From Candidatus Levybacteria bacterium RIFCSPHIGHO2_01_FULL_41_15 (GTDB taxonomy: Bacteria > Patescibacteriota > Microgenomatia > Levybacterales > UBA12049), in contig MFNV01000009.1 in NCBI GenBank assembly GCA_001782165.1, positions 122,283 through 186,282 on the forward strand: a stretch of DNA of 64,000 nt. The letters are read 5' to 3'. The notes beneath the pieces are model-generated. The model saw nothing but the letters and a program-made list of their open reading frames with translations, ran no database searches and was not told the DNA's origin. Made by a program: the position numbers and the translations under genes. This document shows positions 55,853-64,000 of the stretch, in pieces (position 1 is the stretch's first letter; every line of letters starts with the position of its first letter).

Positions 55853-57089
55853 TGTGATGTCAACAACCTTGGATTGGGTGGCTACGGATACAAAAATTAG
55901 AGAGGTTTCAAGACTTATTTTTGGCCGAGGCATCAACGGAGTACCTGTCTGTAGAGGAAGAAAAGTAATAGGCTTTATTTCAGAAAAAGACATTCTCTCC
56001 AAGTTTTACCCCTCAATGAGGGAATATACGGAGGACCCTTTTCGTGAAGGAAATTTTGAGGAAATGGAGGAGAAAGTCGATCAAATATTTGCTCTCACGG
56101 CAGAAAAGATAATGAGCAGAAATCCGACAACTGTTACCCCTGACACCCCTCTTCTTAAAGCCCAGTCCTTAATGTTTATTCATAAAGTCGGAAGACTTCC
56201 GGTTGTGGATAAAAGTGGGAACTTAATTGGAATGATAACTAAAGGGGATATCTTTAGAGCATCAGTAGGAGATAGGCTGCCCTTAACAGATGAAGAAGAG
56301 TATCACGACTGGCAGGCAAAACACTACGATATAATAACTGACTGGAAACAAAGACTCCAAAACGAAATCCCGGATTTATCGGCTCTTTTTAGGAAACATA
56401 AAGTAAAAGATGTGATAGATATTGGTTTCGGCACAGGCGAACATGATATTGCTCTGGCAAAAGAAGGATTTAATGTTTTGGGAATTGAAAGCAGCCAATT
56501 AATGGCCAGAGAGGCCAAGAAAAAGGCAGATAAACTACCGCAGGATGTTAAAAAGAGATTAAACTTTATTTTCGGGGACTATTCAAAAATACTTTCGCAG
56601 GAAGAAAAAAAGTACAGAGCAGCAATTTTTATGGGAAACGCGTTTCTTCATCTTGTCCCACAGTACAAAAAAGTCCTAGATGCGATTTCCAACTCTCTTT
56701 TATCTCACGGGTCTGTTATTGTTCTTCAGATTACAAATCTTGAGAGAATTTTCAAAGTCAAAAACAGGGTTTTTGATGTTACCTTCGGACGTTCTAAGCA
56801 TGGAGTTCCTTCGGAACACGCATTCTTCAGATTTTATGATCCGAAAGACAAGAATGGTTACCTTACCCTTAATACCGCAATCTTTGATCATGACGAGAGA
56901 AGATGGAAGTTTAGGACAATGAACTCCGCACCAATTGTTAATCTTAATAAAAATAGTGTAAGAAATTTGCTTAAAAAGAAGGGGTTTGGTAAAATTTCAT
57001 TTTATGGAGGGAAATTTCTTGGGAGGCTTTTTAGAGAACCATTTAAGCCCTCTGAGAGCGATTGGCTAAATGTAATTGCCGTAAGATAA
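55839..57089 (+). CDS. CBS-pair domain fused to class I SAM-dependent methyltransferase
   Basis: 416 aa with two CBS repeats at the N-terminus, then VIDIGFGTGEHDIALAKEGFNVLGIE. Confidence 0.6.
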   Translation: MKVADVMSTTLDWVATDTKIREVSRLIFGRGINGVPVCRGRKVIGFISEKDILSKFYPSMREYTEDPFREGNFEEMEEKVDQIFALTAEKIMSRNPTTVTPDTPLLKAQSLMFIHKVGRLPVVDKSGNLIGMITKGDIFRASVGDRLPLTDEEEYHDWQAKHYDIITDWKQRLQNEIPDLSALFRKHKVKDVIDIGFGTGEHDIALAKEGFNVLGIESSQLMAREAKKKADKLPQDVKKRLNFIFGDYSKILSQEEKKYRAAIFMGNAFLHLVPQYKKVLDAISNSLLSHGSVIVLQITNLERIFKVKNRVFDVTFGRSKHGVPSEHAFFRFYDPKDKNGYLTLNTAIFDHDERRWKFRTMNSAPIVNLNKNSVRNLLKKKGFGKISFYGGKFLGRLFREPFKPSESDWLNVIAVR

Positions 57090-57092
57090 GTT

Positions 57093-57641
57093 ATGAAAAA
57101 ATTATTATTTGCGGTTTTAATTTTTCTTTTTGTCTTAAATCCGAATTCCTCTTTTGCTCAGGATTCTTCCGCAACCTCCTCAGGAAAAAGCAAAAAAGTT
57201 GAGTATACTCTTCCTTATCCCGGAATTCTTCCAGATAGTCCTCTTTATCCTTTTAAGGCCCTGCGAGACAGAATTGTTTCATTTCTTATGTCAGATCCTG
57301 CAAAGAAAGCCGAGTTTAATCTGCTTTCGGCAGACAAACGTTTAAATGCGGGAGTATACTTGTTTGCAAAAGGGGAGAGTAAACAAAAGCTTGCACACTC
57401 TACCATTTCAAAAGGAGCAAATTACTTTGAGCAGGGAATTTCCCAGCTTGAACTTTTAAAAAAGCAAAACTACCCCTTGGATAGTTTGATACAGAAATAT
57501 CAACTGGCTTCGTATAAACATCAGGAGGTACTAAGAGAGCTGATAAGAAAATCAAAGGGGGATATTCAAAAGGGCCTCTCCGCCACAGAAGAAAGGATTG
57601 AAAATTTTCAAAATAGGCTAAATAAGCTTAGATCTCCATAA
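57093..57641 (+). CDS. secreted DUF5667-like protein
   Basis: 182 aa with a signal peptide, then LPYPGILPDSPLYPFKALRDR, typical of a family common in CPR genomes. Confidence 0.4.
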   Translation: MKKLLFAVLIFLFVLNPNSSFAQDSSATSSGKSKKVEYTLPYPGILPDSPLYPFKALRDRIVSFLMSDPAKKAEFNLLSADKRLNAGVYLFAKGESKQKLAHSTISKGANYFEQGISQLELLKKQNYPLDSLIQKYQLASYKHQEVLRELIRKSKGDIQKGLSATEERIENFQNRLNKLRSP

Positions 57642-57848
57642 TAAGATAAACAAAATATAACGAGTAAATTTTGTCAGTTCCTCTAAATTTGCTTTTTTAT
57701 CCTTTCAAAAATTAGCAGAATTTTTTTACCCGTTTTAAACTCCAAATTTTGCCTTTTGCAAAACCCGAGGCTAAAAAAAGGCTTGACACTATTTGATATT
57801 GTTATTGATAGTTGACACGGCAGATTTAGTGTAATACCATCCTTCTTA

Positions 57849-57864
57849 GCACTATTAGTAGTGT
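57849..57864. promoter_or_regulatory. candidate NrdR box (gCACTAttagTAGTGt) in the nrdR leader
   Basis: Palindromic arms CACTA/TAGTG match the 16-bp NrdR operator consensus (acaCwAtATaTwGtgt) at 12/16. A weaker half-match lies at 57786-57801, and two TTGACA -35-like hexamers at 57784 and 57819. Confidence 0.35.
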
Positions 57865-57996
57865 TTCTGTCTGTCGGCAGACAGGTTCCGCCAGAGACGG
57901 ATTAAGTACATTGATAATTTGCCAAGACCCCTGTCCGAACGTGCAAGTTGATGTGAAGCAAATTAAAATGAATTTATCTAATGCAAGAATTTATTT

Positions 57997-58446
57997 ATGA
58001 AGTGTCCATACTGCGGATCCAAAGAAACTGAAGTTGTAGAAACAAGGGACAGCGAGGATCTTGAGACTATCAGAAGAAGAAGATCTTGTTTGACTTGTGA
58101 CAAGAGATTCACGACATATGAAAGAGTAGAGAATATAAGCTTGGTAGTAATTAAAAAAGACGGCAGACGGGAACAGTTTAACAGAGACAAATTAAGGTCA
58201 GGAATAATAAGGTCATGTGAGAAAACAAAAGTATCGATGGAGGACATCGAAAGAATAGTTACGGAGACGGAAAGAGAATTGAGAAATGCCGATTCGGTTG
58301 AGGTAGATAGCAAAAAAATAGGACAGATGGTTGCAGCAAGACTTAAAAAAATTGACAAGGTTGCTTATATAAGATTTTCAAGTGTATTTAAGAGATTTGT
58401 AGATGTTGAAGACTTCGAAAAAGAAGTCAAAAGATTAATAAAATGA
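57997..58446 (+). CDS. nrdR: transcriptional repressor NrdR
   Basis: 149 aa with an N-terminal zinc ribbon CPYCGS...CLTCDKRF and an ATP-cone. Confidence 0.9.
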   Translation: MKCPYCGSKETEVVETRDSEDLETIRRRRSCLTCDKRFTTYERVENISLVVIKKDGRREQFNRDKLRSGIIRSCEKTKVSMEDIERIVTETERELRNADSVEVDSKKIGQMVAARLKKIDKVAYIRFSSVFKRFVDVEDFEKEVKRLIK

Positions 58447-58862
58447 AACAATTAAAAACAGAAATTATCGCACTTTGCGATTACGCAAGTATTTCGAGAG
58501 AAGGAAAACTAAATATTAATGGAATTTTTGATGAATTAAGAGTTCAACAATTTCCCGGCGGTTTAGCGCGTGCGTTTTTTGTTGCAACTATTTCTGGTAC
58601 ACCAAACACCTCTTATAAATTAAATCTAAAAATAGAACCATCCGAGGGATTTGCAGGTGAAAAAAGCAGCTTTGATCTTGATACTTCTACCGGGCCTAAT
58701 GGCAAAAATAATTTGGTAGTAGAGCTTATGGGCCTAGCTTTTAAAGAGGAGGGGGACTATAAATTCATATTAAATGAGAAGAAGAAAGAAGTTGGATCAA
58801 CAACACTGAAGGTTTTAGATCAAAGAAAATATAGCATTAAGGACACAAAATTACCAAATTAA
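58443..58862 (+). CDS. hypothetical protein in the nrdR-nrdJ operon
   Basis: 139 aa, translationally coupled to the nrdR stop (ATGA overlap). Confidence 0.4.
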   Translation: MKQLKTEIIALCDYASISREGKLNINGIFDELRVQQFPGGLARAFFVATISGTPNTSYKLNLKIEPSEGFAGEKSSFDLDTSTGPNGKNNLVVELMGLAFKEEGDYKFILNEKKKEVGSTTLKVLDQRKYSIKDTKLPN

Positions 58863-58864
58863 AT

Positions 58865-59410
58865 ATGAATAAAGATTTTGCTAATAATTTAGTTAATACC
58901 CCAGATTACGAGCATGAACCTTTCGATATGAGTGAACTAAAACCTTTAACTGTTTATCCTAATGCAATGAATTCTGGCGCAGCTATTTATCCAGCAACTA
59001 TAGTTGAAGGACCGATAGATAATTTCGGAACAGCAGTTGCTCAAGGCAATATGGGTCAAGATTTTTATCCTACTACGGTTAGCGGGACTACCTCTGTTTA
59101 TTCAAATTCTAATATTAATTCATGCACTTCGGTCTCGTTAAGGACTATTTCAGAGGGCTTTCATAAAGGAGATGGACATAATCTAGGAGAATTGTCGGGG
59201 TCAACCTTTCTAGCTAAGCCCACCACAGAGCAATATCAAACCAAAGATAAAAGCTGTACAAATAGTAAATCTAATTTTTATAAAATAGAAATTAAATATG
59301 ACCTTGCCAAAAAGCCTAACTACAAAAACGCAGATCAAATTGCAAAAGTGGATTTACACAAATTTCTTAGATACAGCCACGTGCAGTTTCTAGCTGAATA
59401 TTATTTATGA
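58865..59410 (+). CDS. hypothetical protein in the nrdR-nrdJ operon
   Basis: 181 aa, rich in Ser/Thr/Asn; its stop overlaps the nrdJ start. Confidence 0.4.
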   Translation: MNKDFANNLVNTPDYEHEPFDMSELKPLTVYPNAMNSGAAIYPATIVEGPIDNFGTAVAQGNMGQDFYPTTVSGTTSVYSNSNINSCTSVSLRTISEGFHKGDGHNLGELSGSTFLAKPTTEQYQTKDKSCTNSKSNFYKIEIKYDLAKKPNYKNADQIAKVDLHKFLRYSHVQFLAEYYL

Positions 59411-61959
59411 AACTTGATGGAATAAGAAATAAAGTGTTTTTGGACAGATATGCTTTAAAGGGCGAAAAGGGCGAACTTCTTGAACAAACCCCAGAGCAAA
59501 TGTGGACAAGAGTTGCCCATGGCATTGCAGGCAATGAGAAGACCAAAGACAGAAAGCATTGGGAGAAAAAATTCTACGATGTAATGAAGGATTTTAAATT
59601 TGTTCCCGGAGGAAGAATCTTATCAGGAGGAGGAACAGACTATCAAGTAACCTACTTTAATTGTTTTGTAATACCGTCTCCAAAGGATTCAAGAGAAGGA
59701 ATCTTAGAATCCTTAAAACAGCTTGTTGAAATTCAATCAAGATCAGGTGGAGTAGGTCTTAGTCTTTCTTCTTTAAGACCTCGGGGAGCAAGAGTTAAGA
59801 AAGTAAACGGAACATCCTCAGGCCCTGTTACGTGGGCAGGACTCTTTTCCTATGCAACTCATGATGTGGTTCAGCAGGGAGGAACCCGACGCGGTGCGAC
59901 AATGCTCATGCTTTGGGATTGGCATCCTGATATCGAAGAGTTTATTACCGTAAAACAGGACCTTTCCAGGATAAATGGGGCAAACCTTTCGGTATGTATT
60001 TCAGACGCCTTTATGGAAGCAGTCAAAAAAGATGCAGATTGGGATTTGGTTTATCCTGACCTTGATGACCTAAGATATGATGAAAAATGGAACGGAGAGA
60101 TAGATCAATGGAAAAAAATGGGCGGCAAAGTGAAAATCTACAAAACCGTAAAGGCAAGGTATCTATGGAATCTTATTTGTGAAGCCGCCTGGGGATCTGC
60201 TGAGCCGGGGTTGCATTTTCTTGAGCGGAGCAACAAAAGAAGCAACACTTGGTATTTTGAAAGGCTTGTTGCGACAAACCCTTGCGGAGAGCAGCCTTTG
60301 GGACCATGGGCGGTATGCAACCTTGGGGCAATGAATTTGGCATCTTATGTAAAAGTGGATAGCCAGTTTGATTACAAACAGTTAGGAGAAGATGTAAAGG
60401 TTGCGATAAGATTTTTAGACAATGTTATTGATAAGACTTATTACTTTTTCAAAGAGAACAAAAAATGTGCCAAAGATATAAGAAGGACAGGTCTTGGGAT
60501 AATGGGACTTGGAGACGCTCTTATAAAGATGAAAGTTCGTTATGGTTTGGATGAATCTCTTAAAATTATTGATAAAATATTCGAGACCCTTAGAAACAGC
60601 GCCTATGAGGCATCCTCAGAAATTGCCAAAGAGAAAGGCCCTTTCCCTAAATTTGATAAAACTAAATATCTTAAGGGGTATCATATAAAAGAATTGCCCG
60701 CCGCTATCCGAAAAAAGATAAGTCGGTACGGGATAAGAAATGCCGTTCTTCTTACAATTGCTCCAACAGGTACTACTTCTCTTCTTGCGGGAGTGACCTC
60801 GGGAATCGAACCCGTGTATGAATTTACATTTATAAGAAGGGACAGGACAGGCGAGCATGTTATGTATCATCCACTCTTTGAGGAATGGAAAAAAGAAAAC
60901 GCTGGCAAAGAAAAATCCTTCGACTCCGCTCAGGACAGGCCTGATTACTTCGTTTCGGCAAATGATCTGACTCCTCTTGAGCATGCCCAAGTTCAGGCAG
61001 TTGCCCAAAAATATATTGATGCATCAATTTCAAAAACAGTGAATGCACCAAGCTCCCATACAGTCGAGGATGTAAAAACCCTGTACATGGCAGCATATGA
61101 CTTAGGACTTAAAGGAGTAACATACATGAGAGAGGGGTCAAGAGAAGGAGTTTTATCAAGAGTGGATGAAAAGAAAGATAAAGAAAAGGTTGATAAATCA
61201 CAAAGACCAACTGCTCCACGACCCATACAGCTTGAAGGAGTAACTTACAGGGTAGAAACTCCTTTAGGCAAGACTTACATAACTATAAATCATGATGAAA
61301 ATAGAGAACCGTTTGAAGTGTTCATTACTATAGGAAAAACCGGATCAGATATTTCCGCAATGGCAGATGCCTTGGGTAGATTAATTTCCGTAAATTTAAG
61401 ACTCTCAGGCGGACTCTCTCCAAGAGAAAGAATAAGACAGATAGTTGCTCAGCTTGCGGGGATTGGAGGAGCAAGAAGTGTCGGATTTGGAAAAGATAGG
61501 GTAAGATCTTTGCCCGATGCGGTCTCAAAAATTCTTGCAATGCATTTTGGTTTTGCAGTTAATGGTCTTGTAGAGGATAAAAACCTGTCTTTGGGCCCGC
61601 TTCGCAGCGAGGCGAGCAAGGCAGAAATTGAACAGAATGGACAATTGAGTGGAGTTTTGGCAAATGGAGTAGACGGAAGAGTCCGCCTGCCCTCTGATCC
61701 TCATCTTACTGCCGAAGGACTTGGCAGGGATAGGGAAATAGCAAATGGGGAAATCGAAGTAAGAAAGGACGAGGAAAAAGAGGAAGAGGTAATTAAGATG
61801 CAGCAACTTGCCCTGGTAGGTAAAGCCTCAGGAGTTAATCAAGAATTTTCTGATTCCGGAACAGGGCTTTATGATATTTGCCCTGAGTGTGGAGGAGGAA
61901 GCTTAGCGTACGAAGAAGGCTGCCGCAAATGTTATAGCTGCGGTTATGCCGAATGCTAA
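59407..61959 (+). CDS. nrdJ: adenosylcobalamin-dependent ribonucleotide reductase (class II)
   Basis: 850 aa with class II RNR motifs (GGTRRGATM, NPCGEQPL, thiyl-radical Cys) and a C-terminal Zn-ribbon CPECGG...CRKCYSCG. Confidence 0.85.
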   Translation: MKLDGIRNKVFLDRYALKGEKGELLEQTPEQMWTRVAHGIAGNEKTKDRKHWEKKFYDVMKDFKFVPGGRILSGGGTDYQVTYFNCFVIPSPKDSREGILESLKQLVEIQSRSGGVGLSLSSLRPRGARVKKVNGTSSGPVTWAGLFSYATHDVVQQGGTRRGATMLMLWDWHPDIEEFITVKQDLSRINGANLSVCISDAFMEAVKKDADWDLVYPDLDDLRYDEKWNGEIDQWKKMGGKVKIYKTVKARYLWNLICEAAWGSAEPGLHFLERSNKRSNTWYFERLVATNPCGEQPLGPWAVCNLGAMNLASYVKVDSQFDYKQLGEDVKVAIRFLDNVIDKTYYFFKENKKCAKDIRRTGLGIMGLGDALIKMKVRYGLDESLKIIDKIFETLRNSAYEASSEIAKEKGPFPKFDKTKYLKGYHIKELPAAIRKKISRYGIRNAVLLTIAPTGTTSLLAGVTSGIEPVYEFTFIRRDRTGEHVMYHPLFEEWKKENAGKEKSFDSAQDRPDYFVSANDLTPLEHAQVQAVAQKYIDASISKTVNAPSSHTVEDVKTLYMAAYDLGLKGVTYMREGSREGVLSRVDEKKDKEKVDKSQRPTAPRPIQLEGVTYRVETPLGKTYITINHDENREPFEVFITIGKTGSDISAMADALGRLISVNLRLSGGLSPRERIRQIVAQLAGIGGARSVGFGKDRVRSLPDAVSKILAMHFGFAVNGLVEDKNLSLGPLRSEASKAEIEQNGQLSGVLANGVDGRVRLPSDPHLTAEGLGRDREIANGEIEVRKDEEKEEEVIKMQQLALVGKASGVNQEFSDSGTGLYDICPECGGGSLAYEEGCRKCYSCGYAEC

Positions 61960-62147
61960 ATTAAATAATTGTGTAATGGGCAATCGCCGTGAAAATCGGT
62001 GGCAGTGCCGCTACTGTTAAAGTCAGAAAACCATTACATACTAAATTTCCCGAGCAGGAAAATTTTATCCTTCTAGGGAAACCAGAAGGATTTTTATATA
62101 AATCTTTATTTTTTTATTTTTTACATTTAATTTTTTGTTTTACTACC

Positions 62148-62681
62148 ATGCCGATTTATACCAAAACAGGAGACAAAGGACAAACAGGACTTTTTTCTGG
62201 AAAAAGAGTTTCAAAAGCAAGCCTTCGGATAGAGGCAATTGGTACTGTTGACGAGTTAAATAGCGTAATAGGGCTCGTGATCTCGCAAATTCAAAATTCA
62301 AAATCACAAATTACAAATGAATTGATTGAGATTCAAAAAGATTTATTTGAAATAGGCGCTGCACTGGCAAATCCCCGCCAAGCATTGAATCTTTCAAAAA
62401 GGGTAAAGGAATTTGAGAAAACAATTGATAAAATGACCAAAGAATTGCCGCCGCTTTTTAACTTTATTCTTCCCGGAGGAGGAGTGGCGGGTTCAACTTT
62501 GCATATTGCAAGAACAGTTTGCCGGCGAACTGAAAGAAGAATAGTTGAGCTTTCAAAAAAGGAAAAAGTTCAAAGCGACGTCATCGTTTATATAAACAGA
62601 CTCTCAGATCTTTTTTTAACTGTGTCGCGTTTTATAAATCAAAAAGAAAAACAAAAAGAAGTTATTTGGACCAGTAAGTAA
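62148..62681 (+). CDS. PduO-type ATP:cob(I)alamin adenosyltransferase
   Basis: Starts at MPIYTKTGDKGQTGL...RIEAIGTVDELNS. It contains a low-complexity insert QIQNSKSQITNE encoded by the caaaattcaaaat repeat. The ORF track entry begins earlier at 61989. Confidence 0.75.
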   Translation: MPIYTKTGDKGQTGLFSGKRVSKASLRIEAIGTVDELNSVIGLVISQIQNSKSQITNELIEIQKDLFEIGAALANPRQALNLSKRVKEFEKTIDKMTKELPPLFNFILPGGGVAGSTLHIARTVCRRTERRIVELSKKEKVQSDVIVYINRLSDLFLTVSRFINQKEKQKEVIWTSK

Positions 62682-62691
62682 CAAGTTTTTT

Positions 62692-63813
62692 ATGAGAATA
62701 GAAGCATATACAGTAGGTTTTGATCCACGAAATTATCATGCGCCAATTCCTAGTGGTTATTCAAAAGACGAAATTACTCGAAGAAGAGAGGGAAATATTA
62801 GGGATAATATAATTAGATATTTAGGGGAATATAGGTTGGGAGTTAAATTTGATGAGATTCGTTATTCAGTTAAAACAAATAATGCCGGAGAAACTTATCT
62901 AGAATCCCCCCATGCCGATCCAGGCCCCATATTAAATGTTTACAAAAAAGCAATTGCCTATAGGCAAGAAAGAGGACTTTCTGTACATAGAGAGGTTGCA
63001 GAATGCCTGGGATTTCAAAAATTGCAGGATAAACTCGTCAATGCACCAGTAGGAACAATGGCAATGTGGGTTAGTCGTCCAGGATCTAAGGAGGACGGGT
63101 ATGGAACGCATAGTTTTACATTCCTTATCCAAGTTGTGGAAGATCCAGGAGAAGGAAAAAGTTTAAGAGTAATCCCTTACAGAAACGAGCAGAGTATAGA
63201 AGAACAGAAAAGCAATTTAATATACTTTGATAAGAACGCCCAAAACTACAATACAGATGTAGATTTATTAGCAAATCCATCTATCATAAATCAGTCCGAC
63301 GCTTTTCAAACACTTGATGACATAATTTCTTTTATAGGAGAAACTGAAAAGTTTAATATCCAGTGGCGTAATAAGCTTACCCCTTTAATAATGCCTTTGA
63401 TAGGAGGATTTATACAGCTTGTTAGAGAAAAAGCATCAGACGAAAATTTACAAAAAGCAAGATATGCAATTGAAAATTTTCTATTAGCGAAGAAAGATTA
63501 CATTTTGGGAAAGGATAGAAACCCTCAGTTAGTTTTTGAAAACCAACCTCGGGTAATTTTTGAAAGATATGGAAATACTACTCCACCAATTGTTGGCGGA
63601 AGCTGTGGGGCTAGCGCAAACGGAGAGAGCAGCAACACATTTAATAATGTTTTTCTTGAAGATAAGTATGGATCAAGAATTTTTAGTTGTCCGGAATGTG
63701 GAAAGACCAATATAAGACCCGAAAACGAACTCCTTTCCAACTGTCAGCATTGCGGCAGCGATAAGGTTTCCTGCTGTGATGTTGATAGATCTTCTTTTGT
63801 TCTTGTTGCATAA
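62692..63813 (+). CDS. hypothetical protein with C-terminal zinc ribbon
   Basis: 373 aa with no recognised catalytic motif. The C-terminus has CPECGKTN...CQHCGS...CC. Confidence 0.4.
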   Translation: MRIEAYTVGFDPRNYHAPIPSGYSKDEITRRREGNIRDNIIRYLGEYRLGVKFDEIRYSVKTNNAGETYLESPHADPGPILNVYKKAIAYRQERGLSVHREVAECLGFQKLQDKLVNAPVGTMAMWVSRPGSKEDGYGTHSFTFLIQVVEDPGEGKSLRVIPYRNEQSIEEQKSNLIYFDKNAQNYNTDVDLLANPSIINQSDAFQTLDDIISFIGETEKFNIQWRNKLTPLIMPLIGGFIQLVREKASDENLQKARYAIENFLLAKKDYILGKDRNPQLVFENQPRVIFERYGNTTPPIVGGSCGASANGESSNTFNNVFLEDKYGSRIFSCPECGKTNIRPENELLSNCQHCGSDKVSCCDVDRSSFVLVA

Positions 63814-64000
63814 AGAACTTGTTAGGCAAATATAATGACACGCCTTACATTTCATGGTATCATGAATCTGATATGGATTTGAATAAAGATCAAAAAACAA
63901 CCGGACAAACATCTACAGGACAACAGGATGCAAATCCTTTAGCTCCTGTGGGTGGTGTTCAAAAAGAACAGGAACCCTCCGGTGCTTCTTTGATGAGATC

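Noticed and set aside
57642-57996. cobalamin riboswitch in the nrdR leader
   Set aside because: A B12 box was looked for because nrdJ is AdoCbl-dependent. None was recognised; only an NrdR-box-like palindrome and a ctgtc-ggca-gacag hairpin were seen.

Overview
This is a low-GC (~35%), standard-code bacterial window whose gene content looks like a small-genome Patescibacteria/CPR-type organism. Most of it is a housekeeping backbone. It starts with a valS 5' fragment and a DUF4012 protein, then the origin-proximal block rnhA / jag / yidC / yidD / rnpA / rpmH divergent from dnaA-dnaN, with DnaA boxes on both sides of dnaA. Further along are cell-wall genes (two tandem class A PBPs, SpoIID/LytB, LytR_C), a pentose-phosphate and lower-glycolysis set (pfkB, DUF2090, rpiB, rpe, split transketolase, pgk, gap, glycerate kinase, FAD-linked oxidase), and an nrdR - two unknown ORFs - nrdJ - PduO-type adenosyltransferase operon. 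Two accessory regions stand out. The first (about 9.4-24.7 kb, mostly minus strand) is a type IV secretion / conjugative-pilus-like module. It has a VirB4 ATPase, a VirB1-like M23 + lytic transglycosylase hydrolase, and a PrgI/VirB3-like membrane protein fused to a coiled coil and a beta-sandwich domain. There are four VirB2/TrbC-type pilin paralogs, one fused to a large Cys-rich ectodomain, plus a VirB6-like polytopic membrane protein, a STAND-like NTPase with a C-terminal OmpR winged helix, a four-helix-bundle protein and a 926-aa unknown protein. No relaxase or coupling protein is present in the window. The second (about 24.7-30.7 kb) is an RNA-gene integration hotspot: all four tRNA-Ser isoacceptors, a tRNA-Arg and a tRNA-like remnant lie there together with tmRNA (ssrA) and smpB. 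Between these RNA genes sit a hicAB module flanked by 26-nt direct repeats that re-encode the N-terminus of the neighbouring NUDIX gene, a partial duplicate of a tRNA 3' end, a small overlapping ORF pair, a GIY-YIG protein and an orphan ADP-ribosyltransferase-fold (DarT-like) protein. Across the window, AT-rich 'ttcaaaat / ttcaatt / agttcag' oligo-repeats fill intergenic spacers and intrude into gap, pgk and the pduO-like gene. A 48-nt double-hairpin element occurs twice, with compensatory base changes between the copies. All calls are from reading the sequence and ORF translations by eye; no searches were run.
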